From the NCBI GenBank assembly GCA_951406725.2, contig OX597820.1:81778001-81842000 (forward strand): a stretch of 64,000 nt of DNA. Reading direction: 5' to 3'. Shown one piece after another: positions 21,701 through 35,180 of the stretch. The first letter of the stretch is position 1. Each line of letters starts with the position of its first letter. The stretch is from Octopus vulgaris. Its lineage: Eukaryota. The notes beneath the pieces are model-generated. The model was not told the DNA's origin, did not search any database, and saw nothing but the letters and a program-made list of their open reading frames with translations. The translations under genes were made by a program, and so were the position numbers.

Positions 21701-22760
21701 GCAGGATACCCAAACTGAACAACCCGAGGGAAGTAGGCAACTATTGTTGCAAAGAAGGTGAAAATAATGGTAACGAAAAAAGCGCACGAGCAATTGGCTG
21801 ATAGGTGGGAGGAGAAACCTCTGCACGGCAAATATGTGGCCCGTAGCAAACAAGCTGATGTTGACCAGAAGCAAACCCATCAGTAGCTACGGAGCTCAGG
21901 GCTAAAAGCAGAGAGCGAAGGTTTCATCCTGGCTGCTCAAGATCAAAGCCTATTAACCCGGAACTACCAGGCCAATGTGATGAAAAATGGAGCAGACCCA
22001 AAATGCCGATTCTGCAACGACATGATTGAAACAGTGGACCACCTAATCTCTGGATGTAAAGTCTTAGCACCAGTGGAGTATAAATTAAGACATGACAGAG
22101 TTGGCCAATATCTACACTGGCTAATAAGTCAGCATTACAATACCAAAACTGCCGACAATTGGTATAATCACCACCCTGAAGCTGTAACTGAAGGAGAAAA
22201 TGTAACGATTCTGTGGGACTTTCCAGTACATACAGACCAAACCATCAAAGCCAATAAACCGGATATTGTTGTGAAAGACCAAAACAATAAAGCTTGCTTA
22301 TTGATCGATATGAGCATCCCCTGTGACCATAATATCTCGGCGAAAGAATTTGACAAGCTCAGAAAATATAAAGACCTGCTCATTGAAATTGAGAAAATGT
22401 GGCATCTCAAGGCGGTTACAATACCAGTGATCGTAGGAGCACTAGGAATGATCAAGAAGGGAACCGAAAATTATATGAGAATGATCTCTGGCTTACCATC
22501 CCTGCAAGAAGTGCAAAAGATTGTCTTAACCGGTACATCACACGTATTGAGAAGAGCATTATCGATGTGAGAACTATTACTACCCATGTATTTTAATTTA
22601 ACTTTATTTCTATCAAAAAAAAAATGAACGAACTAGTGAGTTTAGTCTAATGGCCTACCATTGAATACTATGAGTTTCTTTGCCCTAGGAGTCGGGAAGA
22701 CACTCGGCAAGAAATGGAAGCAAATTTGAAAGAAGAAGAAAAACCCATAAATAATAATAA
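18765..22760 (+). mobile_element. Near full-length R4/Dong-like non-LTR retrotransposon (RT + CCHC + restriction-like endonuclease), inactivated
   Basis: N-terminal KWTREE..YAYY; RT motifs KSPGKD, NYRPITCL, IDCKKAFDS, GIFQGDSLSP, HLFYMDD; CRFC..ETVDHLISGC; RHD, KPDIVV, LIDMSIP, KYKDL. Several frameshifts and stops; TAAATAATAATAAT at both ends. Confidence 0.93.
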
Positions 22761-23004
22761 TATCATCAAGGAAGTGAGCTTGCAGAATCGTTCACAAGCT
22801 AGACAAAATATGTAGCGGCATTTCTTCCGGATTTGCGTTCCGGATTCAGTTGCCACGAAGTGAAGTAGTTGCATTTTATTGGTAAAATAGGTACCATTCA
22901 AGTACTAGGTCGATGTAATTGTCTACTCTCTTCTCGCATACATCTGGCCTTGTGCTTATCTTATTACTTTTAACTTAGTGAAGTCTACAGACATGCAGGA
23001 AACC

Positions 23005-23112
23005 CGCCTTGAAAGGTTTTAGTCGAGCAAATTTGCCCTAGTAGTTATTCTATGATCTTTATTGCTCTGAACCGTTATAATATGAGGACGTAAACAAACC
23101 AAAACCGGTTCT
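23005..23112 (-). mobile_element. CORE-type SINE 3' fragment
   Basis: TTTAGTCGAGCAAAT...GAACCG...GGACGTAAACAAACC matches the family. Confidence 0.6.
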
Positions 23113-23270
23113 TAAATACAGTCGCATGGAAACACATACATACACACACACGCGCATATATATATATATACATACATATATGTATGTATGTATGTATACA
23201 TATATATATATATGTATGTATGTATGTATATATATATACATACATACATATATATATATACATACATACA

Positions 23271-23338
<68 letters not shown>

Positions 23339-23345
<7 letters not shown>

Positions 23346-23513
23346 TATATCCATTTAAAACATGAAAAGAAAATTGAGATGATGGAAGTTAATTGTTTAT
23401 TATTAAGAAATTGGTAATCTTCGCTTCTTACAGCTGTAAGAAGCAGAGATGACCAATTTGTTAATAATAAACAAATATTAACTTCCTTATCTCCATTTTC
23501 TTTGTAAACTATA
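23339..23513. repeat. ~175-bp imperfect palindrome centred on CTTACAGCTGTAAG, next to (TA)n
   Basis: Left arm GGAAGTTAAT..TTTATTATTAAGAAATTGGTAATCT is the reverse complement of the right arm; no spacer. Confidence 0.85.
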
Positions 23514-23557
23514 TGCTTTATTCATACCTATTGTTTTAAGGGAATTACATTTCCCCT

Positions 23558-23886
<329 letters not shown>

Positions 23887-24368
23887 TATCATTATTATTA
23901 TTATTATTATTTTTTTTTTTTTTTTTCGGTGTCCATAAAATGAGTGCCAGTTGAGCAATGGGTCGAAGTAATTTTACTTTACTCTGGCCTAAAAATGTGC
24001 TGACCTTTTGCTGAAACTTTAAACGGTTATCATTATTAGTACAAGGGCGGGAAATGACTGATATTTTAGAACGCCAGATTAATTGCAATATGGTCATTAA
24101 TTACCTCTTTTAATATTCAATTCAATTTCTGCCAGATTTGAGTTTACCAGTCGTACACTAGATTAGTCAAATTCTACAAAGCCCCTGCCCCTCGTTCTCT
24201 CTTTCCCTTTTACTTCTTTCGTTTCTGAACATTGCTTTTATGTTATTTATTCTACTAGTAACTGTATAAATCTTGTATTTTGGTAAGTGCATTAATTTGT
24301 GATTTACCTTTCACTTCCGAATCACTTATCGAAACCTAGTTTTGTGTCTTTGATTAGAGACATAAAAT

Positions 24369-24532
<164 letters not shown>

Positions 24533-25699
24533 AATTATTGTATACAGTGCTCAGGTGCACCACAACTTGTCAGAAAGTGCATATAAAGTACATGCAGTAA
24601 TGTAGAAATGTCTGGAAAGCGAACAATATAATTTGCAAATATAATTAGCGCCTGTCTTTAGATAGTTATTGTTGTTGTTATTGTTATTTTTTTTATATAA
24701 AATGTTTTATTTAATTTTTCATTGTTTGCCTTTTCTTAAATTTTACTATTTTCAATATTTTTCGTTGTACTGTTTTTATTATCACCAAAGATTATTTGTT
24801 GTTAATACCATAATATTCTTGTTGTTGTTCTTCTTATTATGTTGTTTGTTCGCCTATCGACACGTATTGCAGATTGCTTCCGTAAGTTTGTTATCATTTC
24901 TATTATTACACAAAGTAATATTTTGAACATTTGTTATCGTTTTGTAGATAAACTAAGACCTTTCAGGTGGTTAGTGTTCTTTCACTGAAGCCCTTAGGGG
25001 CTAAATTGGAGTTTGTTTAGCAAAAACGCCTCTTCATTTTTGTTTTAAAAACGTAAGATAGCGGAGGGAAAATATGAAGCTAATTTTCCACTGTTAAAAA
25101 TTTCAGCACTGCTATCAAAATCACAGGAACAACAAAAGAGAACTATGTCAATACAATGCAACAAAACTCTTGCAAGAACATTGCCAGCGCCACGACAAAA
25201 AGAAAAAAATTACAATATTAAAAGCGCGATACAAGACTAAAAACAAATAAATTAGAAAAGGTGACACAGAAACAAACAAATCATCACATGCCCACAAACT
25301 CTGCACAAATACAACAACAAACATCTCCAACAATACAAACACCTCAACAAATAAAAACACAAAGCAATCGATACCAATAACAAGAACAGTACTCCCAAGG
25401 CATCATCAATTACACGGTCATAGACACATACAGGAGGAATTTAATAAAAGATGTTAAAAATACACAGCTATGACATTAAATGAACATATTGTAATCCCTT
25501 ATTCGCATAAAAAATATAAAAGCAAACTTACAACTGAAAGTAAAATATCCTAAGGGGATGGGAGTTTTTCCGTTGGGGCCATAAACAAAAGACCCTACAA
25601 AGAAATGCTTGTGGAGATATCCACAATAACCAGAAGGACTGAATACTTGTTCCTCCACAGAAATACAGTGAGTCACTTCACTCTCCTCTTTCTCAAATA

Positions 25700-28050
25700 T
25701 GGTCTTGTTCAGAATAGACAGTACAAATGCCCGCGACCCGGGATCACTTTGTAAACAAGCCCACCTATTCAATGACCTTCGATCACTAAGTATAGATGTG
25801 ATGGCTATCAGTGAGACCAAACATTCCATTTGACAAGATTTCATGCCTGCTTTCGGTGAGACGAGATTTACTTCTCTCCAGGAATGGGGAATAGAACTAG
25901 GGTGTTGTTCCGGAAGGATCTGGATTTCAAGTTAAGGGTTACCTTCCTGGATTGAAAAGGTAAGTTGGTAGTCCTGGATGTGAACAGTAGCGATGGGGTG
26001 CTTTCAGACTGGTGGCTTTTTATGCTCCGACAGGGGCAAAACAGCCAGTCGTCTGGAGGTTTTCCTGGAGACGTCTCGACTTTTAGTGCTAAGTGGTGAC
26101 ATGAACACCGTCTTGAACGCAAGTTGAGATTGTGTGGGGTTAACTATTAGAAGAGGACGTGCAATAGGCTCACAAATCTCCTCAGACGTTTTCACTTGTT
26201 TGACTAGTTTGCACATGGACGAACCGCATCGGACATCTAAAAACAGTAGTCTGTAGGCCAGTAGATAAGGAGAGCTTAAGTTGTCTACTTTTTAAAATCG
26301 TTAGCTATGCAGATCACAGATTTGTAATCTGCACGGTCGACTTACATAGACTTCGTAGGCAGGGACTCGGTTGCTAGAAGCTGAACGCATCTCTCCCGGC
26401 GTGCTAAGCTTATAGAGAACGGATTAGAAAAGTAGTTAAGCGTGCGTTGATGGGATCAGTCGTCAACAACAAATAATGGTTTGCCCTAAAAAGGTCAATT
26501 GGAGTAAAATATATAAGGTTTTGTAAGGCATTAGCAATAGAAGAAAGGGTAACTTAAAAATTTAGCAGAGGCACTTAGGAAAGGCATCCCAACCGACATG
26601 CACCAGCAAGATTGGCCGGGGACCAATTTGTCAGAGCTAAACACGAAGGATACATTATCAGAGCTACGGCTCGTACTCTAAGAAACGAAGGAACGAAAGC
26701 TGCTCCATGGGCCTGAGTGGAAGAGTCGCAACGTGGCAACAAAGTCATAATTGGGGGCATGTTACTCGATCACAAACAGATGTGTGCAGCATTTCAGCAG
26801 CACTTCGCTCAACTGTTTGGGACGAATGGTAGTCCGAAACGCAGAATGCACTTCAGTGCCAACCTCGACGGCATGCCACAACTCTCGGCAAGAGAGGCGG
26901 AGTGTTGCAAAGGGACGGTAACAGCCGTGGATACAGAATGCAAAGAAGAGTTACGTGGGTGGAGAATGTCTTGGTTTGGATGATCTACCCTACAAGCTTT
27001 ACTTTTATATGTCACACTTGTTTAGTGGCCTCTTAGCAAACATCTACTGCAATCGGCTGCAGTACGGGGGAATTCATAGTTCTATGAGTCGAGGAGCAGT
27101 GGCACTGCTGTAAAAGGAGACAAATAGAAGAATCAAATAGAATTTGTTTACACTCATAGCGTTGCTGGAGAGAAATTTCAAAATTTTGGCCTAGGTGATA
27201 GTGAAGAGTTTGGCGCTTGTCGAGGAACTGATTGGAGATGAGCAAACATGCGCCATCGAAAAGAGATCTATTCAGGACAACTTCCAACTCTTGCAATACG
27301 TTATTGACAGTAAAGAAGCTAGCATAAATGGGACCCTGATCAATTTGGATCAATCTAAAGCGTTCAATAGATTTAATCGCCTATACCTGGCTGCTGTTCT
27401 CATGGCGGCCCGTTTCGGAACCGTTTTTCCGTTGCTGAATTGCCGCAATGTACACCACCATCTACTCGGTAGTTTTGGTGAATGGTTACTTATCAGAGGG
27501 AGCGGTTTATTTACTTGGGTCCTGATTTGGTTTCCAGATCTCCTGGTGGTGAAGAATTGGTACAAGGTAACAAACAGGGTGGGAGTTAATCTCACCCAGA
27601 GATGGGCCGAGAGAATGTTGTCTCTTAAAAGTCAGGCAGAGGTGGCAAATGCCTATATTCCGTTATATATCACTGCCTGGCCGTCACGCCTTGCTCCAGT
27701 TTATATCTGACCAAACTGGAGCGCATACACTTCCGATTTCTATGGAAAGGACGCATTCCACTAGTCAGGTTCTCCATTTCTTGTCCACACCTGCTGAGGA
27801 CTGGGCATGCAGTAGCTACTGATGAACAGACATGCACTGAGGCTACGACACCTCCAGTGCTTCCTTGACGGTAAACAGGTGTAGTCGCTGTTTGTCAGAC
27901 TCACTCTTCTGCAGCGTGTCTCTTTCACTGAGCTACAGTTATGGATCAAATATAGACCGAAGCAGGGTGCCTGGCACCTAGATTGTCCTCAAGAGCTCAC
28001 AGTCCTCTGTCAGTCGGGTACTGTAGTCGGTGAAAGTTCCACCACTGATG
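25700..28050 (+). pseudogene. Degraded Tx1/L1-like LINE ORF2 (APE endonuclease + RT)
   Basis: Fragments DVMAISETK, FRLVAFYAP, LSGDMNTVL, YADHRFV, FKILA, LINLDQSKAFNR, FRFLWKGRIPLVR; many stops. Confidence 0.8.
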
Positions 28051-28949
28051 GTGGAAAGAGGTACCGTCCTCATGTTATTTTATTGAAAGGTCCGTAAACG
28101 TAAATGTGGCGAAAATGGCAAGAGTGGATGACACCACTCTTAGTATAGACCTGTGAGTCGGAGAAAATTATTGGAGAGGCATTTTCCATTGGTGTTCAGG
28201 GAAATCTTTTTCCTCAAATTGGATGTTTTAGCCAAAACAGTTTGTCTGCTGTATAAAGATTGAACCTAATTTCTTTTGTTTAGTTTTTACAATTAGCTCA
28301 TTCCCCACCATTCGGTGAGATTCGTGTGTTTTCGAATTTATAGTTATAAGATTGTCGGTATCTTGAAAAAGAAAACATGGATACTTGTAAATAAAAAGTG
28401 GGTGAGGAATGTAACACATAAGTGAAAACGAGTTTAATTGAAAGAAAGATTGAGAGAGGTGGAGAGATGAGTTTGTCAAGCGTTGACTTTTTACAGGCAG
28501 CAGTGTTAGTATCAATAGCAACGACAGATTAAGTCAGAACAAGGAAAGATTATTTTTGCCTGCTTCGAATCAACTCATTGATATTTAAGGGAAGATCAAC
28601 AACAGGAATCATAACAATAATACCATCAACAGTAGTGATAAAAGCAACATCAATAATATGAACAATTTAAACTACAACATCAACAAAAACAGCAGTAACA
28701 GCAGACCCAACAAGAACACATCTATTACTGCCAGACTGGTCAATGTTGTCAGACTAGTCAATGTTATGATGGTGCGACGTACCAACAGAAAGACAATTAG
28801 AGCTTTGACGGACCGATATGAGCTCATGCTACTCAGTACCGAGCAGAAGTAAAAGGTTTTCTGACAATACTTTGCTCGTCTTTTCTGAGAAGGCAATAGA
28901 TCGGAGGTGGTAGTGACTTGCAAAGATTCGGCAGAAGACGCAAGGTGCT

Positions 28950-30180
28950 GCGAGAAACCGATAACGGCAGTTGAAAAACGGGAGATGTGAGTAATTGTAA
29001 AAGATCCTCTGAGGATTACGAATTCATGTCAGATATAATTTGTGAGTTCTTGGCAATACAGCTACCGCAACTGATAGCAAAATGAAAAAGTTTCTAATGT
29101 TGTGAACCGTAGAGTGCTAACGCTACTAAGAAAGATATAAAGTAGGCCAAAAAGCAATTTTTGACTCATAAACACAGAGTTTAAGATTTTGGCTAGTGTA
29201 TTTGCGAAAAGTTCGGTAATCGCTCTCAGTGGTCTGGTTAGCGAAGCAGAGATGTGTGTGATACAAGACTCTTCGACAGCAACCTAGATCTTGTGCGATA
29301 CATCATATAGAGGGCTAGAAGTGAGCTGGATCCTGATCAGTTTGGATCAGTCGAAGGATTTCGACAGCGCCCACTATTGTTACTTATAGTTTGACTGGAA
29401 CACTGGAACGACGGACTGGTTAAACTGCTCAGGATCTGATTCCACACTGGTATTCAGATGCAGCGAACTGGGAAAGAATAACAAGCCAGGCGGCTAGTTT
29501 TGCCCAGAAATAACAGGTGATAATTACCTACATTGTCTCCGTTAGTTTTTACCGCCTGATGATGTTTGGGCGTCTGTTATTCAACTTCGGGTGGAAGGGA
29601 CGCATTTCGCTGGTCAAGCGGGTCATTTGTCTTTAGTACCTTCAGTATGGCGAGTGAGGCATGCCTGATGGGCTGTCGCTCTAAAACTCAAGAGGTTCGA
29701 AGAAGGTGAACGGGTATGAGCACTATTAGTGAGGGACATGTTTCTGAGGCATGTTTCTTTGACAGAGCTGTAGTCCTGGTTGAAGCAAAAACCGTGAATG
29801 GGCGCTTAACATCTGCAGGCAGTCACCGCCAGTCTGGCAATGAAATCAATGGATTTTTTTAGCAGTTTACAGACGGTTAATGCCCGGAAAGAGTGACAGC
29901 GTTATCAAATAAAACACAGGGTGTGGACAAAAGAAAACTGACTTGCCTGTTCTGGAGGACTTTCGGATCGAAATGGTACTGTATGTGCTGTACACCAGGC
30001 ACGAAGCCGTTTTCCAAGCAGAATCTGGTCATTGCTGATGTGTGATGTTTTATCGAACAGCCACTGTCATGTGTGGGGCGGATGTGGTTTAAATGGTGAT
30101 GAACTTCAGGCCTTTCACAAGACAGGAAAGTAGGTTCCTTTGTCTGCTGGCTATGGTAAAAGAGGTTGTGTGAGGTTCAT
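28950..30180 (+). pseudogene. Second, more degraded Tx1/L1-like ORF2 relic
   Basis: EFKILASVFAK, LISLDQSKDFDS and GWKGRISLVKR are homologous to 27170-27780. Confidence 0.65.
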
Positions 30181-30769
30181 TGTAAACGTAGAAAATATTC
30201 ACAGAAATACTTTTAAATGATTCAATTTCATCGAAAGATTCGATATATACAACAGGAAACTAACATAAACACTTCATTACTATTTAAAAAAAATAAATCC
30301 GTATAATTTTTGTTAACGTTTGTCGCACAGTATTCTTTTCGCATGCACTCATATAATTGTTATTGTCTTTAGTGATATTGTAAACATGCTGCTTCAATTT
30401 CTTCCTGCCCAAATCCTTTGTTTTCGTCCAGTTCTCGTTAAAGTTTTAAAAAATCTTCTGACACACTGAAGCTATTGATCGGGCTGTTAATGTATCGAAA
30501 TCAAGAATCTTAAGTCAACTTCGTATGCATCCATTCTTTTGAGTAATTTCTTGAGTTGAGTTCAATCTGTCTCCTTTTCTTACTCTGTACCTCTCTCTCC
30601 CCCTGTCTCTTTCTTTCTTTACGTGTATACATACACATATGATATAAATAGAAATGATAAATATACCACACACACAAACACACATTCATAAATTGTAAGA
30701 ATGAGTAGAGATCGTTTTTTTTTGAGGGGATAACTTTTTTATTTTAATCTTAATAATGTTTACAGTGAG

Positions 30770-30945
30770 TTCCTCTGATATGAATTTCAAGCTTCTCGTA
30801 GCGGTTTTTAAACTGAAATATGCATGTTTTACTAGTTGCTTAAATAGCAAAAGATTTTTCTTACAGGTATACATACAAAAAATATACACAAAAGGGAAAA
30901 GAATATAAAAAATACAAAAGTATAAAAAATAACAAAATTAAAATA
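30770..30945 (-). mobile_element. 5'-end fragment related to the element at 36250
   Basis: Reverse complement aligns with 36270-36405 (GTAAGAAAAATCTTTT.CTATTTAAGCAAC.AGTAAAACAT.CAT). Confidence 0.7.
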
Positions 30946-31424
30946 AAATATATATAGTGATGGTATGTTGTCAACTTAATGTGACAGTCCCATGAAAGGG
31001 AAGAATGCTACAGCTATTTAGCCCTAGGAAACACCGTTTCCCGATGGCCTTGACACACTTCCTCCATTTTTACTAACTTTTATATGTTGTGATTTATTTT
31101 TCCTGTGTTGTAAATAGCCATTTTACAAAGTTATAGTTTATAAAATAAATGCTTGCAAAGAAAAATGAGTTGTTCATTTTTTTTCCTGGCGGTTTCTTCG
31201 TGATTTTTCAGATAGTCCCATACACATGCCTTAAAGCTGATGCTCATATACTTAAGTATTCAAAATAAGTTGTTTAATATTGTTTCTGTTTAGCAGTGGG
31301 TAGTCCTCATTGGCTGTAAAATTAAAACAATATTACATATTTATTTTCAATCGCTGAGTGGGTGAGGCTGGAATCAGAGCAATTCATGCCAGGGATCTGG
31401 TAGAATGCTATGGGGAACATGAGG

Positions 31425-31763
31425 TGTGGCCGATGTCGAACCAGTAAAAATGATTAATCATACATTAATTACCCCTTCCTTGAATGTATTTCGGAGCCAG
31501 ATCACCTCAGGCCGATATTGGGACTTCTCAAGTTGCACAACAATACATCAGCCCACCCTCATTTTCATATCGGACCAATGTCACCTTGATGTGAATATGA
31601 CATTGGGTCGCTGTCAACCCGATGTAAGAAACAAAAATCTCACATCGGTCCCACCTCAAATTCATATCGGCACAACATTGGAGAATACGTCGGCTCGATG
31701 TTGTGCCGTGTTGCAAAATGAGATCGGGCCGAAATCAAACCGACACAATTGCTTATGTGGGGT
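31425..31763. mobile_element. Probable DNA-transposon/MITE end with palindromic subterminal repeats
   Basis: Repeated ATCGG/CCGAT motifs, hairpin CGGCACAACAT...ATGTTGTGCCG, and minus-strand terminus CCCACATAAGCAA. Confidence 0.4.
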
Positions 31764-31785
31764 CGATATAGGCAGAAACATCGGT

Positions 31786-31955
31786 GTGGAGGCGCAATGG
31801 CCCAGTGCTTAGGGCAGCGGATTCGCGGTCGTACGAACGCGGTTTCGATTTCAAGACGGAGCATTGTGAGTGTTTATTGAGCAAAAACACCTAAGCTCCA
31901 CGAGGCTCCGCTGTACTCTTTCACCACAAGTTTCTCTCACTCTTTCTTCCTACTT
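31786..31955 (+). mobile_element. OR-like SINE 5' part
   Basis: Matches 1772-1960 with an internal deletion. Confidence 0.8.
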
Positions 31956-32241
31956 CTGCCACAAAGCAGAGGAACCATGGTGTAACCCACTATGGTGTGG
32001 TAAACTTTCAGACCCTAGTCTAGATTGCGAATCCTCTGTACCCCAGGATGGTTCAGCTCTCCACTCGTTAAAAGCCACCCTTTACGGAATGAGGATAACA
32101 ACGTAGCTTTCGCACCCGTGCAACCGCCAGTCTATCGCGTGTGCTGGGTGGATCTTCAAGTTACCACACGCGTTCTTAGTAGCTTAGAGTAGGCTCGAAT
32201 TAGAGATTATTCTTTGTGGTTAATGGCGTGAGTCCTGATTG

Positions 32242-32330
32242 GAAGAAGAAGAAGAAGAAGAAGAAGAAGAAGAAGAAGAAGAAGAAGAAGAAGAAGAAAA
32301 AGAAAAAAGAAGAAGAAGAAGAAGAAGAAG

Positions 32331-32359
<29 letters not shown>
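32242..32359. repeat. (GAA)n microsatellite
   Basis: Direct inspection. Confidence 0.95.
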
Positions 32360-32361
<2 letters not shown>

Positions 32362-32697
32362 TTTGATTTTGTTCCGGTGTTTTGTTTCGACAAATAGGTT
32401 TTTCCCTCTTTCTCAAAGGCTGTCATTGCTGTCGAGAATACTATATATATGTGTGTGTGTGTGTGTATAAATGTGTGTGTGTGTATGCATGTGTATGTGT
32501 GTGTGCATTTATAATATAAATAATATATAAATATATGCACGTATGCATACATATATGTACATACCTACACATATATGTATATATTCATGCATATATGGGT
32601 ACAGGACATCAAAAAAAAGTCAACAAAATGAGAAACGAGACAGGCAACATAATGAACATTCCCTTCATCAGTTGTCCCAAGTGCATATATATATATA

Positions 32698-34408
32698 CAC
32701 TTGCGTCGGAAATTAATTAGCACTTCTCAAATTTCTACATTTTCTTACATTTTCTTAATTTAATTAACTTATTATCAGAAACGAACTCGTTTTTAATCAA
32801 AAATTTATTAAAACATATCCCAGCACACCACATAATTGTTATTAATCGTGAAATTTAGTCAATATCTTGTTGCTCCTCCTTTGGCAGCAATGACAGCTGC
32901 TACGCGGGTCGGCATGCTGTCTATGAGTGCCTGCAGGTACTGTGCAGGGATGCCCCCCCCATGCAGCAAGAAGTGCCCCAAACACCTCGTGTCGGTTCCT
33001 GTATTGCTGCACATTCAAATCCCTACCCAATCGACTCCAGAGGTTCTCAATAGGGTTCAGGTCAGGTGACTGGCCAGGCCAGTCCATGACCGTCACCCCA
33101 TGGTCCTTGAAGAAACCGGTTGTGAGCTTGGCTGTGTGGGAAGGCGCGTTGTCCTGCTGGAGCACGTACTCCTCGCCACCAAAGAGGTATCCCGTACTAT
33201 CTCAATGTACTTTGCTGCGTTGATGTTGCCTTCGACGGCATAGAGCTGCCCAACACCACTGTAGCTGAACACCCCTCACACCATCAGACCACCCCTACCA
33301 TGCTTCATGGTGGGAGCAATGCAGTCTTTGTTGAAGCGCTCACCCCTGCGGCGTCGCACATGGACAGGCTTGTCACTGACGAGACTGAATCGCGACTCGT
33401 CAGTGAACATCACTGTCCGCCACTGCTGCACGGTCCATGTCTTGTGGACACGGGCCTAGAGCAGCCGCCTCTTCCGGTTTTGGGCTGTAAGGAGCGGCTT
33501 ACGGGCGGCCCTACAGGATTTTAGACCAGCTTCCAGTAATCTGGTCTTGACGGTGGTTGTAGACAACTGCTTCCCTGTCATCTTTTGCATCTCCTCCGCC
33601 AGTTGCCGGCTCGTTGCCCTTCGGTTGTACAGTGACTTTCGGATCAGCATCCGGTCCTCCCGCTGGGTCGTCAGCCTCTTCCGTCTCCTACCCTTTTTGT
33701 CAGCTGCTGATCCGGTTTCCTCGTATTTCTTAAATAAGCACTGAATTGTGCGCCTGGCTACACCAAGTTTTCTGGCTATTGCAACCTCCGACAGCTTCCC
33801 ACGCCACGAGAGAGCCTCATACCGTCTCTCCAAGGTCATGCGAGGTCTTGGGCCCATCTTGGAATGAACGATAAAAACCAGTTATTTTCATTAAAACTAT
33901 TCATTTGAATAATGTTATGCTATAACAAAACTGCTATGAGTTATTATTCATTAAACAAAAAAGAAAGAAAGCAGAATTTCTCACCTTATTTGATGTATAA
34001 CAGAAAGTTTTGTGAACCGGAAGTGACGTCACCAAGCAGAGTGTAGGAGAATTTGTGAGGAAAAAAATCTTGCAAATACACAAATCAATTAACCTACGAG
34101 CTGTTCAAAACGTCTTACGCGATGAGAAAACTTAGTACGGTGTGATTTCGGTCCTTGCGAGGCGCTACCTATATCTATTAAACAAAGGAAGATTTGTCTG
34201 CATCCGCACTCCAAGTTGTTGTTGCACTGCTATGTCAACATCATTAGACTGTAGACTCTCAAACCGCTCTGCAAACAAAGTTACATCATCGTTCTGCGCA
34301 ACAGTGAACTCGCAACAAAGCAATAGTTCGAGATATGGCCACTAGGTGACAGCAAATACCTTGAGTGAAGAGCAAATCAAGGGTGCTAATTAATTTCTGA
34401 CGGTAGTG
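32698..34408 (-). mobile_element. Full-length Tc1 (DD34E) DNA transposon, 26-bp imperfect TIRs, TA target
   Basis: TIRs CACTTGCGTCGGAAATTAATTAGCAC / CACTACCGTCAGAAATTAATTAGCAC, TA on both sides. Confidence 0.92.
32842..33857 (-). pseudogene. Tc1 transposase (HTH + DD34E), disrupted by stops and a frameshift
   Basis: GRRRKRLTTQREDR, ARKPLL, VMFTDESRF, QQDNAPSH-(34 aa)-SPDLNPIENLW. Confidence 0.92.
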
Positions 34409-34640
34409 TATATATATATATATATATATATGTGAATGAGTGGTTATGTGTGTGGGAGATATAGATACATGTATGTATATATATATATACATTTATATAT
34501 TTGTGTGTATACGTATAAACATATACATGTGTGTGTATTCATGTATGTATATGTATGTATGCATATATGCGTGTACATGCATAGGTATAAACATCAAGAG
34601 ACATAAGTTTATTAGTATGCGTATGTGTATATATGTGTGC

Positions 34641-34677
<37 letters not shown>

Positions 34678-34920
34678 TATATATGGCTGTGTGTGTGTGC
34701 GTGTGTGTGTGTATGTGTGTGTGTACACCATCCCACCTGTGAGAACTGAATTGATGACCTACCACATAGGTCAACTTTCGACAAGACCATTACAATTAAT
34801 CTTATTTTTTATTTTTGTTAAATTAAAAAAATTTTATATATTTCTTTTTTCTTGATTTCATTTACTTTTTTCTCTTGTTCTCTTTCCCATTCTTTGCTCC
34901 CTTTCTTCCTTCGTTCGTTT

Positions 34921-35155
34921 TCTTCTTCTTCTTCTTCTTCTTCTTCTTCTTCTTCTTCTTCTTCTTCTTCTTCTTCTTCTTCTTCTTCTTCTTCTTCTTC
35001 TTCTTCTTCTTCTTCTTCTTCTTCTTCTACAACTTCTTCTTCTACAACTTCTTCTTCTACAACTTCTTCTTCTTCTACAACTTCTTCTTCTTTTTCTTCT
35101 CCTCATTCTCCCCCTCCCCTCCTCCTCCTCCTCCTCCTTCTTCTTCTTCTTTTTC
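34921..35155. repeat. (TTC)n/(CTC)n microsatellite
   Basis: Direct inspection. Confidence 0.95.
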
Positions 35156-35180
35156 TTCACACATGCTTTTTTATTCTTTA

